A DNA stretch of 62,961 bases, filler included, from Globobulimina sp. (lineage: Eukaryota), in the NCBI GenBank assembly GCA_003354225.1. It is 23 parts of 23 records of this genome, joined end to end, with 100 filler letters (N's around TTAATTAATTAA, not from the genome) between each part and the next. Parts side by side here need not be neighbours in the genome. Positions count along the whole stretch, not along the records: positions 8,234 to 10,877 come from PIVH01005557.1; positions 10,978 to 13,621 come from PIVH01005558.1; positions 13,722 to 16,364 come from PIVH01005559.1; positions 16,465 to 19,107 come from PIVH01005560.1; positions 19,208 to 21,850 come from PIVH01005561.1; 18 more parts are not named here. One strand, given 5' to 3'. This document shows, piece by piece, positions 10,648 through 21,950 of this stretch. The notes beneath the pieces were generated by a model that was not told where the DNA came from, searched no databases, and saw nothing but the letters and a program-made list of their open reading frames with translations. The translations under genes and the position numbers were made by a program. Positions within the stretch are counted from its first letter, which is position 1; every line of letters starts with the position of its first letter.

Positions 10648-10977
10648 GCAACGACGTAAAATCACTGCATTCTGTTTAAAAAACAGTGAAAGGATACAAT
10701 TTAAAAAAGAATACGCAAAAACGCAACATACCACATCGGTGCCTAATAATTCACAGCAAACCAACAAGCACAATTTCAGAAATTTATCGCTCAGTGAGCT
10801 CCCTTTTGACGTTAAACCAATATCCCAACTCCCTGCTGCATCTATGTATGGTTTGCAATTTGGTTTTGTTTAATTTTNNNNNNNNNNNNNNNNNNNNNNN
10901 NNNNNNNNNNNNNNNNNNNNNTTAATTAATTAANNNNNNNNNNNNNNNNNNNNNNNNNNNNNNNNNNNNNNNNNNNN

Positions 10978-12953
10978 CTATTTTTCATGAGCGAAGTGAG
11001 TTTGATAAAACTGTGGCAATCCGCACAAATCCTTAAATTCTTATTAATAACTAACAGATAATGGTTTGGAGTGGTCAATAATCCATAGAGCAGAGCTAAT
11101 TTCTCGCCATGTCTCAACAATCTGTCTTGTGCGGTTTCGTTGTCATTCAATTGTCTCGTTATTAAACTCAAATCGTGTTGGAAATTATAATTAGTTTGCA
11201 AAGCAACGGCAAGTTGTTGCAAATGGCGATCAATGATTCGGTATTCCCTTATTTTCCTATATTCGTAGCCTGCATAAAACTGATGGATTTTGCCATAAAT
11301 ATCAATTTGCGAGATAGCAGGTTCTTTTTTCCATCCTTTTCTTTTCATTTCATTCCAAATATTCTCCGATTTCTCATATTCGCCAAATGAAGAATGCAGA
11401 TTTGACAACAACACCGAGGAAGAAACCAAATACCTTTCATTCTTTGGAAACCTTTTTTTTATTTCTCTATGAATTTGTTGCGCAAATATCAAATCTTTAT
11501 ATTTCTTGCATGCGCTCAACAGTGACATCCACATACTTTGATGATAATTGTTATTGCTGTAACTCTCATATTTGTCAATTAACTCTTTTGCTTTTCGCAG
11601 CTCTCCCTTTCTCGACAAAGTATCCACCATTGCTGTCACCACATATTTGTCATATTTCACATTCTCATCAACAATCTCATTGTTCCAAATATCGTTTGCA
11701 TCGCAAAGATGCCCCGAATGACTGCAGCAATGTATCAATGATAAATAAGTGTAGGCACTGCAAGCGATGTTATATTCATATTTCATTTTATTGAATGTTT
11801 CTTTGGCTTTAATAATATCACCATTGCGGCCGTACGACTTTATCATACAAAGCCAAATCCATTCTTCTTTGCGATATTTCTCATTCTCATTCATCTCAAT
11901 CTCGCAAAATATCTCCTCGCATTTGCCCATCATTCCACATTTGCCATATAATAAAATCAAACTAATTTGGATTCTCAATTCCGACAACATCCATTTATTA
12001 CCACCTATATTGTTCAATAATTGATTGTGAATTTTATGGCCAAACTGCAAGGCGGTCGCTTTAGCGCAACATCTTAACACTACAATAAAGCATAAGATGT
12101 CTGCTCGCAATTTGTTATTAATTGACTGCATATTTGCAAATAAATGGATGCATTCTGTGTTCATATTTGCATTGCAATAAACCTGCAGCATGGCGCCAAC
12201 ACAGACGATGTCCATCTTATTATTGTCAATGGATTGGAATATTTTCAATGCGTTGAAAACATCATTCTGATAATAATGAATTAGCATTCCTTTGATGTAG
12301 ATATCATTTGTCAATAAGCTCTCATATTTGTTATATATTTGCATTGCTTCTTTGTATTTGCAACATTTCATAAATGCCCTCATCATCGCACCGATGGTTA
12401 CATCTGTTTTGACAGAATCTGCAATGCCATCAAATATATTCAATGCATTCTCCTCATCACCAAAATAGCCATACATATCAATCAAAGAATTTTGGATTTT
12501 CAGATCTTTCTTTGTTGACTCCACACTTTGTAGGATATGGTGAATATGTTTGCCTTTGTCAAACTTTTTAGATTTTATGCAACATTTTATCAACAATGGA
12601 TATCCAATGTTCGCAGTGCCACTATTTTTGTGTTTCAAGCATTCTGTTTCAATGTCCTTCCAAATGGTGAATACAAAGGAAGTTAATTCAAAATGAACAC
12701 ACAATTTCACCAACGAATTGATTACCAAATGATTTAAATTTGATCCATTCACATTATGGTAGATTTCAAATGCTTTCTTGACAATTTCTTTGTGTTTGTA
12801 TGAGTCGTATTTATCATACATTTTATCACCATCATTAATATAAAGTTGTTTGATCATTTGAGCTGCAGCGGATGAGGTCAGATTGTTTATAGTTCCAGTG
12901 CTTGAAAAATACAAATTAGAAATTTTAAGAATTTTCATACATCCATATTTCAT
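10978..12953 (-). CDS. PLS-class PPR protein with E1, E2 and DYW deaminase domain (RNA-editing factor type), 3'-partial
   Basis: S: NSLIDMYGYFGDEENALNIFD. L: CFIVVLRCCAKATALQFGHKIH. L2: TYLSLIHCCSHSG. S2: AMVDTLSRKGEL. E1: WMSLLSACK. E2: VLLSNLHS. PG-box equivalent: KKEPAISQIDIYGKIHQFYAG. Active site: HGEKLA...KNLRICADCH, which is HxE(x25)CxxC. Confidence 0.95.
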
Positions 12954-13013
12954 TTAATTTAATTTACTTTGCTGCTGTTCACATCTTTTCTCTTCACTTT
13001 AGTTTAGTTTAAT

Positions 13014-13621
13014 ATGACTAGGTTTTTTGTGCGTTACATTTCTCAAGCAACCAACAAGAGAATACTTTATGAAACAAAGGAGAAATCGCATTATATCAAA
13101 GCCACCCAATTATTACACCAATTACAAGCAAACAAAAACTACCAATCCAATCAACAAGAATTAATTAAGGATGCATTCAAAATCTACGATAAAATAAGTG
13201 CCACTGCAGATTACCTGGCTATTAATCCATTGCTGGAACTTTGTCTAAAATGTAGATATCCTGAAAAAGCATTATTAATTTGGACAGATATTAAAGAGAA
13301 GGCTTTGAATAAAAGCACATATTTATTGTTAATCCAATGTTGTGCCAAAACTTTAAATGTTGATAAGAATAAAAGTAAATGCATAGATATTTTAGAAACA
13401 ATTCATCCGATTATTATGAATGATGCTGATGTTTATAGCAAAACATGTTTAATAAATGTTTATAGTCAATATTCCAAAAATAGTACAAATAAAATGAGGA
13501 AAGCACTGCAAATATTTGATTCAATCCATGATGATAACAAATCTGTGGTGTGTATTGGTGCAATGCTTAAATGCTGCATCAATTGCAATGATAACGAGAT
13601 GGCATTGTCAATCTATGACAA
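13014..13621 (+). CDS. PPR protein (PLS-like), 3'-partial, head-to-head with the DYW gene
   Basis: Presequence-like N-terminus (MTRFFVRYISQ). Repeats KTCLINVYSQ...ALQIFDSI and VVCIGAMLKCCINCNDNEMALSIYD parallel those of the neighbouring gene. Confidence 0.85.
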
Positions 13622-13721
13622 NNNNNNNNNNNNNNNNNNNNNNNNNNNNNNNNNNNNNNNNNNNNTTAATTAATTAANNNNNNNNNNNNNNNNNNNNNNN
13701 NNNNNNNNNNNNNNNNNNNNN

Positions 13722-14171
13722 GCGCATTCGGTGGGCGGCGGCGGCAGATTAACGATGTCTGTTTGCAATGAGGTTTATGGAAAGAATGAATTTGACCAAG
13801 CTTTCTTGGATATGGCCATGCAATTAGGTACTTTTTGACATTTTGTTCCGAAATGAGATAGATAATAAATACAAAAAACAGGGGAAGAGAAGAAATGGCA
13901 TGATTTGGAGAGGAGGCATTTGCGGATTGGTCAGTTGGATTTGTATGTCGGTCGCAACAATGCCAAGAACAAGACGTTGATATTTAGTATGAGTGGCGAT
14001 TTGGACAATATTTACCATTCGTTGGGCTATCCCGATTTGGCGGAAGGCTGTGCCTTTGAAATGCAGCCACAACAATGTGCGATTTTTGGTGTACAGGTTA
14101 TGATTAATCCAAAGGAACCGGGCTCTTCGGCGTATAAATTTGGCTTAAAATCAAAACCATACACTGGTTAG
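13722..14171 (+). CDS. Hypothetical protein, 5'-partial, 2 exons
   Basis: Open from the contig start (AHSVGGGGRLTMSVC...). A 54-nt GT-AG intron at 13828-13881 joins it in frame to the 13905 ORF. Confidence 0.65.
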
Positions 14172-14482
14172 CCAGCATTTGCATGTTTAGATAGTTGTTG
14201 TTATTTTAATGTTGATAAATTATTTTGTTTTTGTATTATACATTTATACTCCTTTTTGTTTTCAATGATTTGTTATGATCTTATCTCTATTCTTCTGAGT
14301 TTTTTGTTTGACTTTTTTTGCAATTTTGTTTGAAGTTTGTTGATTAATTTTGCCTTTTTTTTTGTATTGTAAATATTAAATATTTCATTGCAAACAATTA
14401 AAATCTATTATCTCTGTAGCTAAATTCGTAGTGTTTAAGATGTTTTTTTCAAATATCTGTGTAATATTAACTCTCCCAAATC

Positions 14483-15927
14483 ATGGCAACTATAAGGAAC
14501 CCAAATATCATTACACCCGGAACCACAGATGACAATACAACATTGAATGCAGAGCCAGATGTCGAAAACAATGACATTGTTGCTCAAGAAAATGATGAAT
14601 ATAAATTAATGGATGGGGATGAAGAGTTTGAATCAGGCGAAGAAGGATATGATATGAAACACGATGACTGTGATGAAAAAATAGATTTTGAGATATCAAA
14701 TGTAAAACCGTTTGGTGGCTATAAAGTGCAAGAAAAAAATAACAATATCAATGGTGCATTTCGAAAGTCTGAAATCATATTTGATGCAATCAAGAAAATG
14801 GAACGTGATATAAATTTCGGTGTGTTTGAAAGACAAGAAAACGAAAAATTAATTGATGACCATTTTAATAAATTATTTAATCAGTTAAACAGCAAAAAAT
14901 TACAATTATTGGCTTCCTTAAGCAATTATTACGATTTTCATAAACGAGAAGCAAACCAAACCATTAACGAATTAAAAGTTGAATATAATCGGCAAATGGA
15001 GGTGGAAAAAGATATAAATTACAATGAAATTGAGCAGAAATTGCATTCACTGAAAATGGAACAAGAAAATGAGAATATATTTAAACGGCAACTAACAAAA
15101 TTAAAATCGAAAAAAAATGTGGATAACAAAAACGTTAACAAACCCAAAATAAAAACGCACGATAAATTGCGTATATTTTTTCCAACAAAACCGTTATACA
15201 AATTAGTGGCGGAAGATATTCGTATTGGGAATGATTGGTGGAATGCGTTGAAAATTGACCACAATGAATTTAGTTTCCATGATTCCAAGATATGGCGCAT
15301 TAAATCTGGTGGCTGGTTCAATGCATTTGCTTCCTCAAAAGTTGGTTATCCACAGAAAAAACGGTATGTATACCCCGCTGTTTTAAGTTTGAAAAAGCAA
15401 ATTTTGAGTTGTATAATTTGTACAGATGGAATATCAAAGTATTTGCGAGGCAGAATTGTGATTTATCGCAACCCGCAGATATTGTAATTGGTATTGTTGA
15501 TTATTTAAAAGTGGATAAACTATTTAATAAAAACAAAGGAAGGGGACAGAAAGCAAATGGTTTTTGGTGTAAATGGTCGAATGGGTTTGGTTTTTATGGG
15601 TGGAATGGCAAAATATTCCACAAACAAAAAAGAGGAATTGTTTATGGCAAAGCATGCCATGTTAAGAATGTTATCGGTGTTGAATTGGATATGGGCTTGA
15701 AATTAGAGAATGGAAATGATAAAAAAAAGAAATCCAAAGCCAAAGCAAAAACAAATAGTATTAAAAACATTAAAAACGGCATCATGGTTGCGAGTGGTGC
15801 TACGATTTCATTTTATGTTAATAATAAGAATATTGGTGTTGCATTTTATGATATTGACATTACAAAAGAATATGTGTTAGCTGTTTCTTTGAGAAGGAGT
15901 AATTATATTTTACAATTGATGGATTAG
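14483..15927 (+). CDS. Coiled-coil plus SPRY/B30.2-like domain protein, 2 exons
   Basis: A 62-nt GTATGT...TACAG intron at 15364-15425 restores the frame. SPRY motifs: RWNIKV, IVIGIV, GFYGWNG, YG...VIGVELDM, ISFYVNNKNIGVAF, YVLAVSL. Confidence 0.85.
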
Positions 15928-16146
15928 TCCGCTTTCACATAAATGTACGTATACATGTTTTTTTTTTGTAGTTAATTAGTTCCATAATTATAAATTTGTG
16001 TGTTGTTTTTTTTAGTGTGTAATTGACGATATTAGTATCGCGATTTTTGTGTTTAATTATTTATTTTTATGATCGAATCTAAATCAGCTGATTTGTTAAT
16101 GTTTTTGAAGTACTATCATATACAAACCAACACAAACAAGAAAAAC

Positions 16147-16364
16147 ATGGATAAGGACAGACAAAAAGTACGCAAACAATACACTGCTAAACAGACACAA
16201 GAAAGCAAAGCAAATTCAAGACCAACAACACAATCAAACGATGATGCATCCAAACCATCGATTGATTTTGATATTTTTTTAGAGAATAAAGCAGATGAAA
16301 CAGATAATGAGAGTGATAAATGTATGCATAAAGTCAATGACTGCCAACCAATAAAACGAGTGAT
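16147..16364 (+). CDS. Hypothetical protein, 3'-partial
   Basis: ATG at 16147 (alternative 16069), open to the contig end. Confidence 0.5.
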
Positions 16365-16464
16365 NNNNNNNNNNNNNNNNNNNNNNNNNNNNNNNNNNNN
16401 NNNNNNNNTTAATTAATTAANNNNNNNNNNNNNNNNNNNNNNNNNNNNNNNNNNNNNNNNNNNN

Positions 16465-17034
16465 AATATTGATCATTATTTTCCTCATTTTATATGTAAA
16501 AATAGCCAAAATGAATACGTTGAGCAATAAATCGTTGATTAACAATGGTGGTATGATGTATTGGTTCCATTTTATCCAAGTTGCATTTGAAAGTAACAAT
16601 GAATAACAATATAAGCCCGAGAATACCACAGAAATTACCATCAGTGCCACTAAACTATAAAATACACATTTATTCAACGAAAATGGTTTATAAATACTTA
16701 AAATTATAAGAGTGTAAAGTGTAAAATTCGCACAAAAATAAATTGCATCAACTATCAATTCTACAATAACTTCGGTTCCATCCTCCTGTTTTCTATAAGG
16801 AAAGTACAAATATTTTGCCATTAAATGAATAAAATCTCCAATGCTGCTCAATATGCACAAAACCATTGTTGTTATGGTTAAATTTCTAGATGTTTTATCA
16901 ATAAATGCTGATGCATCCTTAATACACAATCGATAAAATGATAAAACAGCGATACATAAAGCAATGATAATGAACAGACCAATAAGTATGATAGGTATCA
17001 ATAATTCTGCGTGCTGTAACTGCTGTTGTGCCAT
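16465..17034 (-). CDS. Multi-pass, GPCR-like 7TM membrane protein, 3'-partial
   Basis: Five consecutive hydrophobic helices in about 190 aa before the contig edge. Confidence 0.7.
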
Positions 17035-17081
17035 GACTACCGACACCGCAGTTTTCTATATAGAAAACATCTTTATTACAA

Positions 17082-18454
17082 TTAGAACTTCCGTGATGTG
17101 CACGTAGAGCTATAACAACATTTGTTTTGTATTCTGAGATTTGGCACAAAGTCAAATACTATTGATTTCAATGATTTGTAATTAACTTTCCAATTTGACT
17201 TACAGTGGCGTTTATGTTTCAATTTCCAGTGTTTCTTTTGATGCGAACGGCAACAATATACATAGTTTCCATGCAACCGGTACACACTTTTAATCTCGAT
17301 TGGCTTTGATTTTTACAAAATGCACAAAACATTTGTCTCATTTTCCGTAGAATTGCACTGCTTTGCTTATGATATTCATAATTCACAAATGATGGAGTTA
17401 TAACAATATCCAATCCTTGTCCAATATGACATATTTTATATGCAGCTTTCAATAACTTCAATGCAATCAAATATTCCCCAAAATATTGACAAATTTTACT
17501 TAGATGCCTTAAGCATACTGATCTGATATAAAATGACGTTGCATTACAAGCAGCTGCGATATAATGAGTCTTTGCTGATTCATACTCTTTATCCATATAA
17601 AACAATTTAGCGAAAATAAAATATAAATTGGTACTCCCTGCTATTCTGCAATACGCATCAGACTCATACGCAAATTCGATATAACTCCGACCAACTTTTT
17701 CTATGTTACCTCTGAAACTCTGCAGTCTGTGGTCAATCTCATGATTTTCTAACTGAATTGAAATATATTTTGGTCGCAATGCTCCGGTTGTATTCAATAA
17801 AGAAAGTCTTGACTGAATAATTTTAATTAGTTCGGCATTAGTTTTGCTTTGGAACATTTTTGAAATAGGTTTTGCATAAAATACCATTAATGCTCCTAAA
17901 TCGGATAAAGAGTCACAATCAGAAACAGATAAAATAAACAGTTGAATGAATATAGTCTCTATAGTGTTGCTTGAAATTATTTTTTGAAAGTGTATGTTAT
18001 TCACATTTTCTATCAATATCAGTATATTGCATGAGGTTACATTGGCGATATAAAACATGGATGATGGAGGCATCCATATTTCAAATGAAGCAGATAACAG
18101 AATAAAATTTTGTGTAAAAATGGCACAAATATTTCGATTGAACCAATGTGAATTTTGCAATGCAAAGACTGAGGCCCTCTGATTGCCAAAAAATATTGAT
18201 TTCAGAAAAAAGCTTTTCCATTTTGATTGATTGGAGCGTAAAAAATTGCCATCAAATAGTTGTTGTGCAAATACAGCAAACACCTTTCTTGACTTTGTAT
18301 TCATTACAGAAATACTTGGTTGTGTTTTCACTGCATATCTTGGGAAATATGGTGCAATGTCTCTCAATGTAATGTTGACATCGGTCCTTTCTGATGGCCC
18401 GTTGATCACATTCAGCAAAAAAGAAATCGACGCTATCAACAGCTCCTGTGACAT
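17082..18454 (-). pseudogene. MYND zinc-finger protein with a TPR-like region, frameshifted within the MYND finger
   Basis: CAFC...LKVCTGCMETM continues as YCCRSHQKKHWKLKHKRHC only if 2 nt (TA, about 17257-17260) are removed. This could be an assembly error rather than a true pseudogene. Confidence 0.7.
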
Positions 18455-18689
18455 TACAGAAGGAAAAACCTTATCCACTTCGTTGTTTTACCATTTTAAC
18501 GATTATGTATTGTTTCATTTATCTGAAAAGGCCGTAAATTTTGTTGTTTGTCGTTTTGTTGTTTATGTTTCTGTACATTTGTATCTGACCATAGTGTAGA
18601 ATTCAACGTATCATTTTTGTTAGGTATATACATAAAAATATAGTAATATTACTTATGGTATATTATTTATAGAAACATGTTTTTAATAT

Positions 18690-19107
18690 TTATATATAAG
18701 CTGTTCCTTCTTTTGCATTTTTATTTGATTTATACTTTGTTATTGCTTTGAACAATCTAACCCGATGACCTTTGGTCTTGACACCAATTTCTTGCAATCC
18801 ATTATCATTCAAATCAACAACAGCATCCATTGAATCATATCCAGATTGTTTGAAGTTCCCTAAATATTGTGGTAAACAAACAGTATTATTTAACCAATAA
18901 TAAAATTTTGCATAAACTGGATCAAATACAACTTCGTTTGCTTCATTATAATTAGCTTTATTATCATCATTATTCACCATATTACTCGACATATTATTTA
19001 ATGTTCTTTCGATTGAACTTAATTTATTTTTTAATGCATTATTATTGCTATCTGATTTGTTGGCAATTGCACTTAATGTATTTTTGAGCGCATTCAATGT
19101 GCTCATC
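18690..19107 (-). CDS. SAM-domain protein C-terminus, 5'-partial
   Basis: WLNNTVCLPQYLGNFKQSGYDSMDAVVDLNDNGLQEIGVKTKGHRVRLFKAI fits the SAM consensus. Confidence 0.85.
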
Positions 19108-19342
19108 NNNNNNNNNNNNNNNNNNNNNNNNNNNNNNNNNNNNNNNNNNNNTTAATTAATTAANNNNNNNNNNNNNNNNNNNNNNNNNNNNNNNNNNNNN
19201 NNNNNNNAATTGTCAGCAATTTAAATAAGGGGCCATGTACTGCGCAGCTCATCAGTACAACCCTCACATTGACCTGCCTCGAGTTACACTCTGATATAGT
19301 GAGCTCCCGTGATATTAATTTTAGTAAATTCTATCATATTCC

Positions 19343-21532
19343 ATGCAAATTTTATACGGACAACAACTCAATAAAAATCATCAATCGCTATTAAACGAAG
19401 GATCAGAAATCAATATATTGAATACCTTATTACAGTTTGAAGATGTCATCGCAAATAATAACAACAACAATACTGCCAATATGGCCAATGAACTAAACGA
19501 ATTGAACAATTTACACGAATACCTAACTACATCGGACATCGATTATAAACATATTTGGCATGACGTTAAAACCAATGTTATTCAAATCAATGAACATAAC
19601 GCCATTGCCAAATATGCCTCCAATTACATGGCACATAATAGCATTCATCAGAGCTTATTTGGCAAATGCAATAAGAAAAATGTTCAAAATAAAAATAAAA
19701 ATGATCAAATAGCCTGGAAACAGATATCAGAAATGATTGAACAATCGCATTTTATTCGGGATTGGAAGCTATATCATATTGATGGTATCATCCAGCAGCA
19801 AATAGACATTTTGCAGGCCTTAATAGCGCAGCATGCGACGCCTAAAAATAATTTAGCTAAGAACTGCAATGTGTTGACACCGGGCGATTTGCGCATAAAT
19901 GAATGGAAAAGGCATATATTGAAATTGCGCAAGATTCGGATTTCAGCCAATATTGGCTTGGAATTCCCAATGAATGTATTAAAGTATGATCGTACTGAGA
20001 TTGATCATATTGCAAAGATATCGGCGATTAATGGCATTCAGCACTTATTGAGCGAGACTAATAAGAATAAGCCACCCTTACCGCCGTCCAATGTATCCCC
20101 GCCGCCATTGCTCAGATTGCGCGATTTGTTGCCACCAACAAATAAAAATTATGCCACTCCCATTGCCAATCCGCAACAACAAATCATATACACTGCGAAT
20201 CAAAGTCACTCTGAAAAACAGAAACAAAGCAAACAAATACAACAACAGCCACCGCCACCACAGCAACACAAACCAGTTTATCTCCCACATACTATAAAAC
20301 AGAGAATAAATACAAACAACAGTTTGAAGATTGACGTGAATCGGCTGGTCAATGTGCTCTCCAATCCCAACAATAATATCAGTCCGGTTTTGAATCACAT
20401 TGCGGTGGTTTTGGCCAAACGGAGTAATATTTTCCATCCCATCATAAATAACAATGTGCCACAAATAAAAATCAACCGAATGCCACCAATTTACAACAAC
20501 AACAATAATAATATGCGTGCAATGATCAATAAGCCGCCACATATGATACCGAGCGATGACGATTCGAGCGACATCGAGATCATTAAAGTGAACATTCCGA
20601 ATCTAAATACCAATAATAACGTAAATATATGCAATAATATCCCGAAATTAAAAGAATTCCCAGTCACAATGGCGAGAGTTGAAAATAACACTCCCGCCAT
20701 TGATCTGACTATGAACTCTCCGCCGCCTACGTTTGCACCTACACCGAGCAAAAAGGTGTCACCGCCCATCGATACGCATAGACTAAGACAGGTGTACTCT
20801 GACAAGAAGTATTGGGACCAATTTCATCGTCAAACTGAGGAACATTTCGAATGGTTTTGTAATTACGATGATATCTCACATATATTGGACCAGCATATCA
20901 ATAATAAAAATGCAAAGATATTGGAGATTGGCTGCGGTTTATCCTCAATGGCATCCCGCATGGTTTTGGACAATGGATATAAGGATGTTTTGTGTCTGGA
21001 TTGGTGCGAATCTGCCATTGATAAAATAAAAACTATATTGGATAAACAGTATGTGGCACACAGCAAAGAGAGGGAGATCATGGATAAGTGCATGCATTAT
21101 ACTGTGCAGGATATCCGAAGCATGACCTTCCAACGACGGACCTTTGATGTTGTGATTGATAAAGGGACTATGGATGCGATTGATTGCGGCGTTTCATTGC
21201 CCTGCGACTTGCAAAAGCAATCAAAACTATGTGGCTCAGGCATTGAGAATTTGTCTGACAATTTTGAAGAAGTTGTGGCGATTTGCTCGCGCATTCATGA
21301 GATATTGAAGCCAAACGGATTATTTATCATTGTTACCTCCAGAAGTATTGTAAAACGGATTGAGTTTGTTGATGAGTTGAAAACGTCCCACAAAAGACAT
21401 TTTAAAAAGTTATACGCGGAAAATATTAATACGCAATTAAAAGATTGGAGGGATGGCGACTCAAAAACTCCGAAATTGATCATATTGAAAGCTGATAAAA
21501 ATTCGAGAAAACATAAACATAAAAAAACATAA
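19343..21532 (+). CDS. Class I SAM-dependent protein-lysine methyltransferase (EEF1AKMT4/METTL13-N-like) with a long N-terminal extension
   Basis: Motifs Y.DKKYWD.F....FEWF, ILEIGCG, TFDVVIDKGTMDAI and ILKPNGLFI. Start codon uncertain. Confidence 0.85.
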   Translation: MQILYGQQLNKNHQSLLNEGSEINILNTLLQFEDVIANNNNNNTANMANELNELNNLHEYLTTSDIDYKHIWHDVKTNVIQINEHNAIAKYASNYMAHNSIHQSLFGKCNKKNVQNKNKNDQIAWKQISEMIEQSHFIRDWKLYHIDGIIQQQIDILQALIAQHATPKNNLAKNCNVLTPGDLRINEWKRHILKLRKIRISANIGLEFPMNVLKYDRTEIDHIAKISAINGIQHLLSETNKNKPPLPPSNVSPPPLLRLRDLLPPTNKNYATPIANPQQQIIYTANQSHSEKQKQSKQIQQQPPPPQQHKPVYLPHTIKQRINTNNSLKIDVNRLVNVLSNPNNNISPVLNHIAVVLAKRSNIFHPIINNNVPQIKINRMPPIYNNNNNNMRAMINKPPHMIPSDDDSSDIEIIKVNIPNLNTNNNVNICNNIPKLKEFPVTMARVENNTPAIDLTMNSPPPTFAPTPSKKVSPPIDTHRLRQVYSDKKYWDQFHRQTEEHFEWFCNYDDISHILDQHINNKNAKILEIGCGLSSMASRMVLDNGYKDVLCLDWCESAIDKIKTILDKQYVAHSKEREIMDKCMHYTVQDIRSMTFQRRTFDVVIDKGTMDAIDCGVSLPCDLQKQSKLCGSGIENLSDNFEEVVAICSRIHEILKPNGLFIIVTSRSIVKRIEFVDELKTSHKRHFKKLYAENINTQLKDWRDGDSKTPKLIILKADKNSRKHKHKKT

Positions 21533-21650
21533 TTATTATATTTTTTTGATTGTATTGTATTATATATACTTTTTTTGTTTGTTCTATTGTTTAAAAAGTG
21601 ATTTTTGTGCAAAGTGTTCACTCTAAAGACTAAATCTGTAATCATTATCA

Positions 21651-21850
21651 ATGTCAACTTTTGCAGTTGAAGAGCCACCACAGAAAAAACAGAAAATCTC
21701 ACCAAATAAAAGTATTACAAGAAATTGTGAGGAAGAAAAAGACGAACGGAAAACATCAGAGGAGCCATATTATTACAATTTACACATAAACCCAGACGTA
21801 ATTTTAGTGTCAACCGACCCAGACATTCCATGCAACACTAATTTTGATAT
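21651..21850 (+). CDS. Hypothetical protein, 3'-partial
   Basis: ATG at 21651, NLS-like EPPQKKQK, open to the contig end. Confidence 0.55.
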
Positions 21851-21950
21851 NNNNNNNNNNNNNNNNNNNNNNNNNNNNNNNNNNNNNNNNNNNNTTAATT
21901 AATTAANNNNNNNNNNNNNNNNNNNNNNNNNNNNNNNNNNNNNNNNNNNN

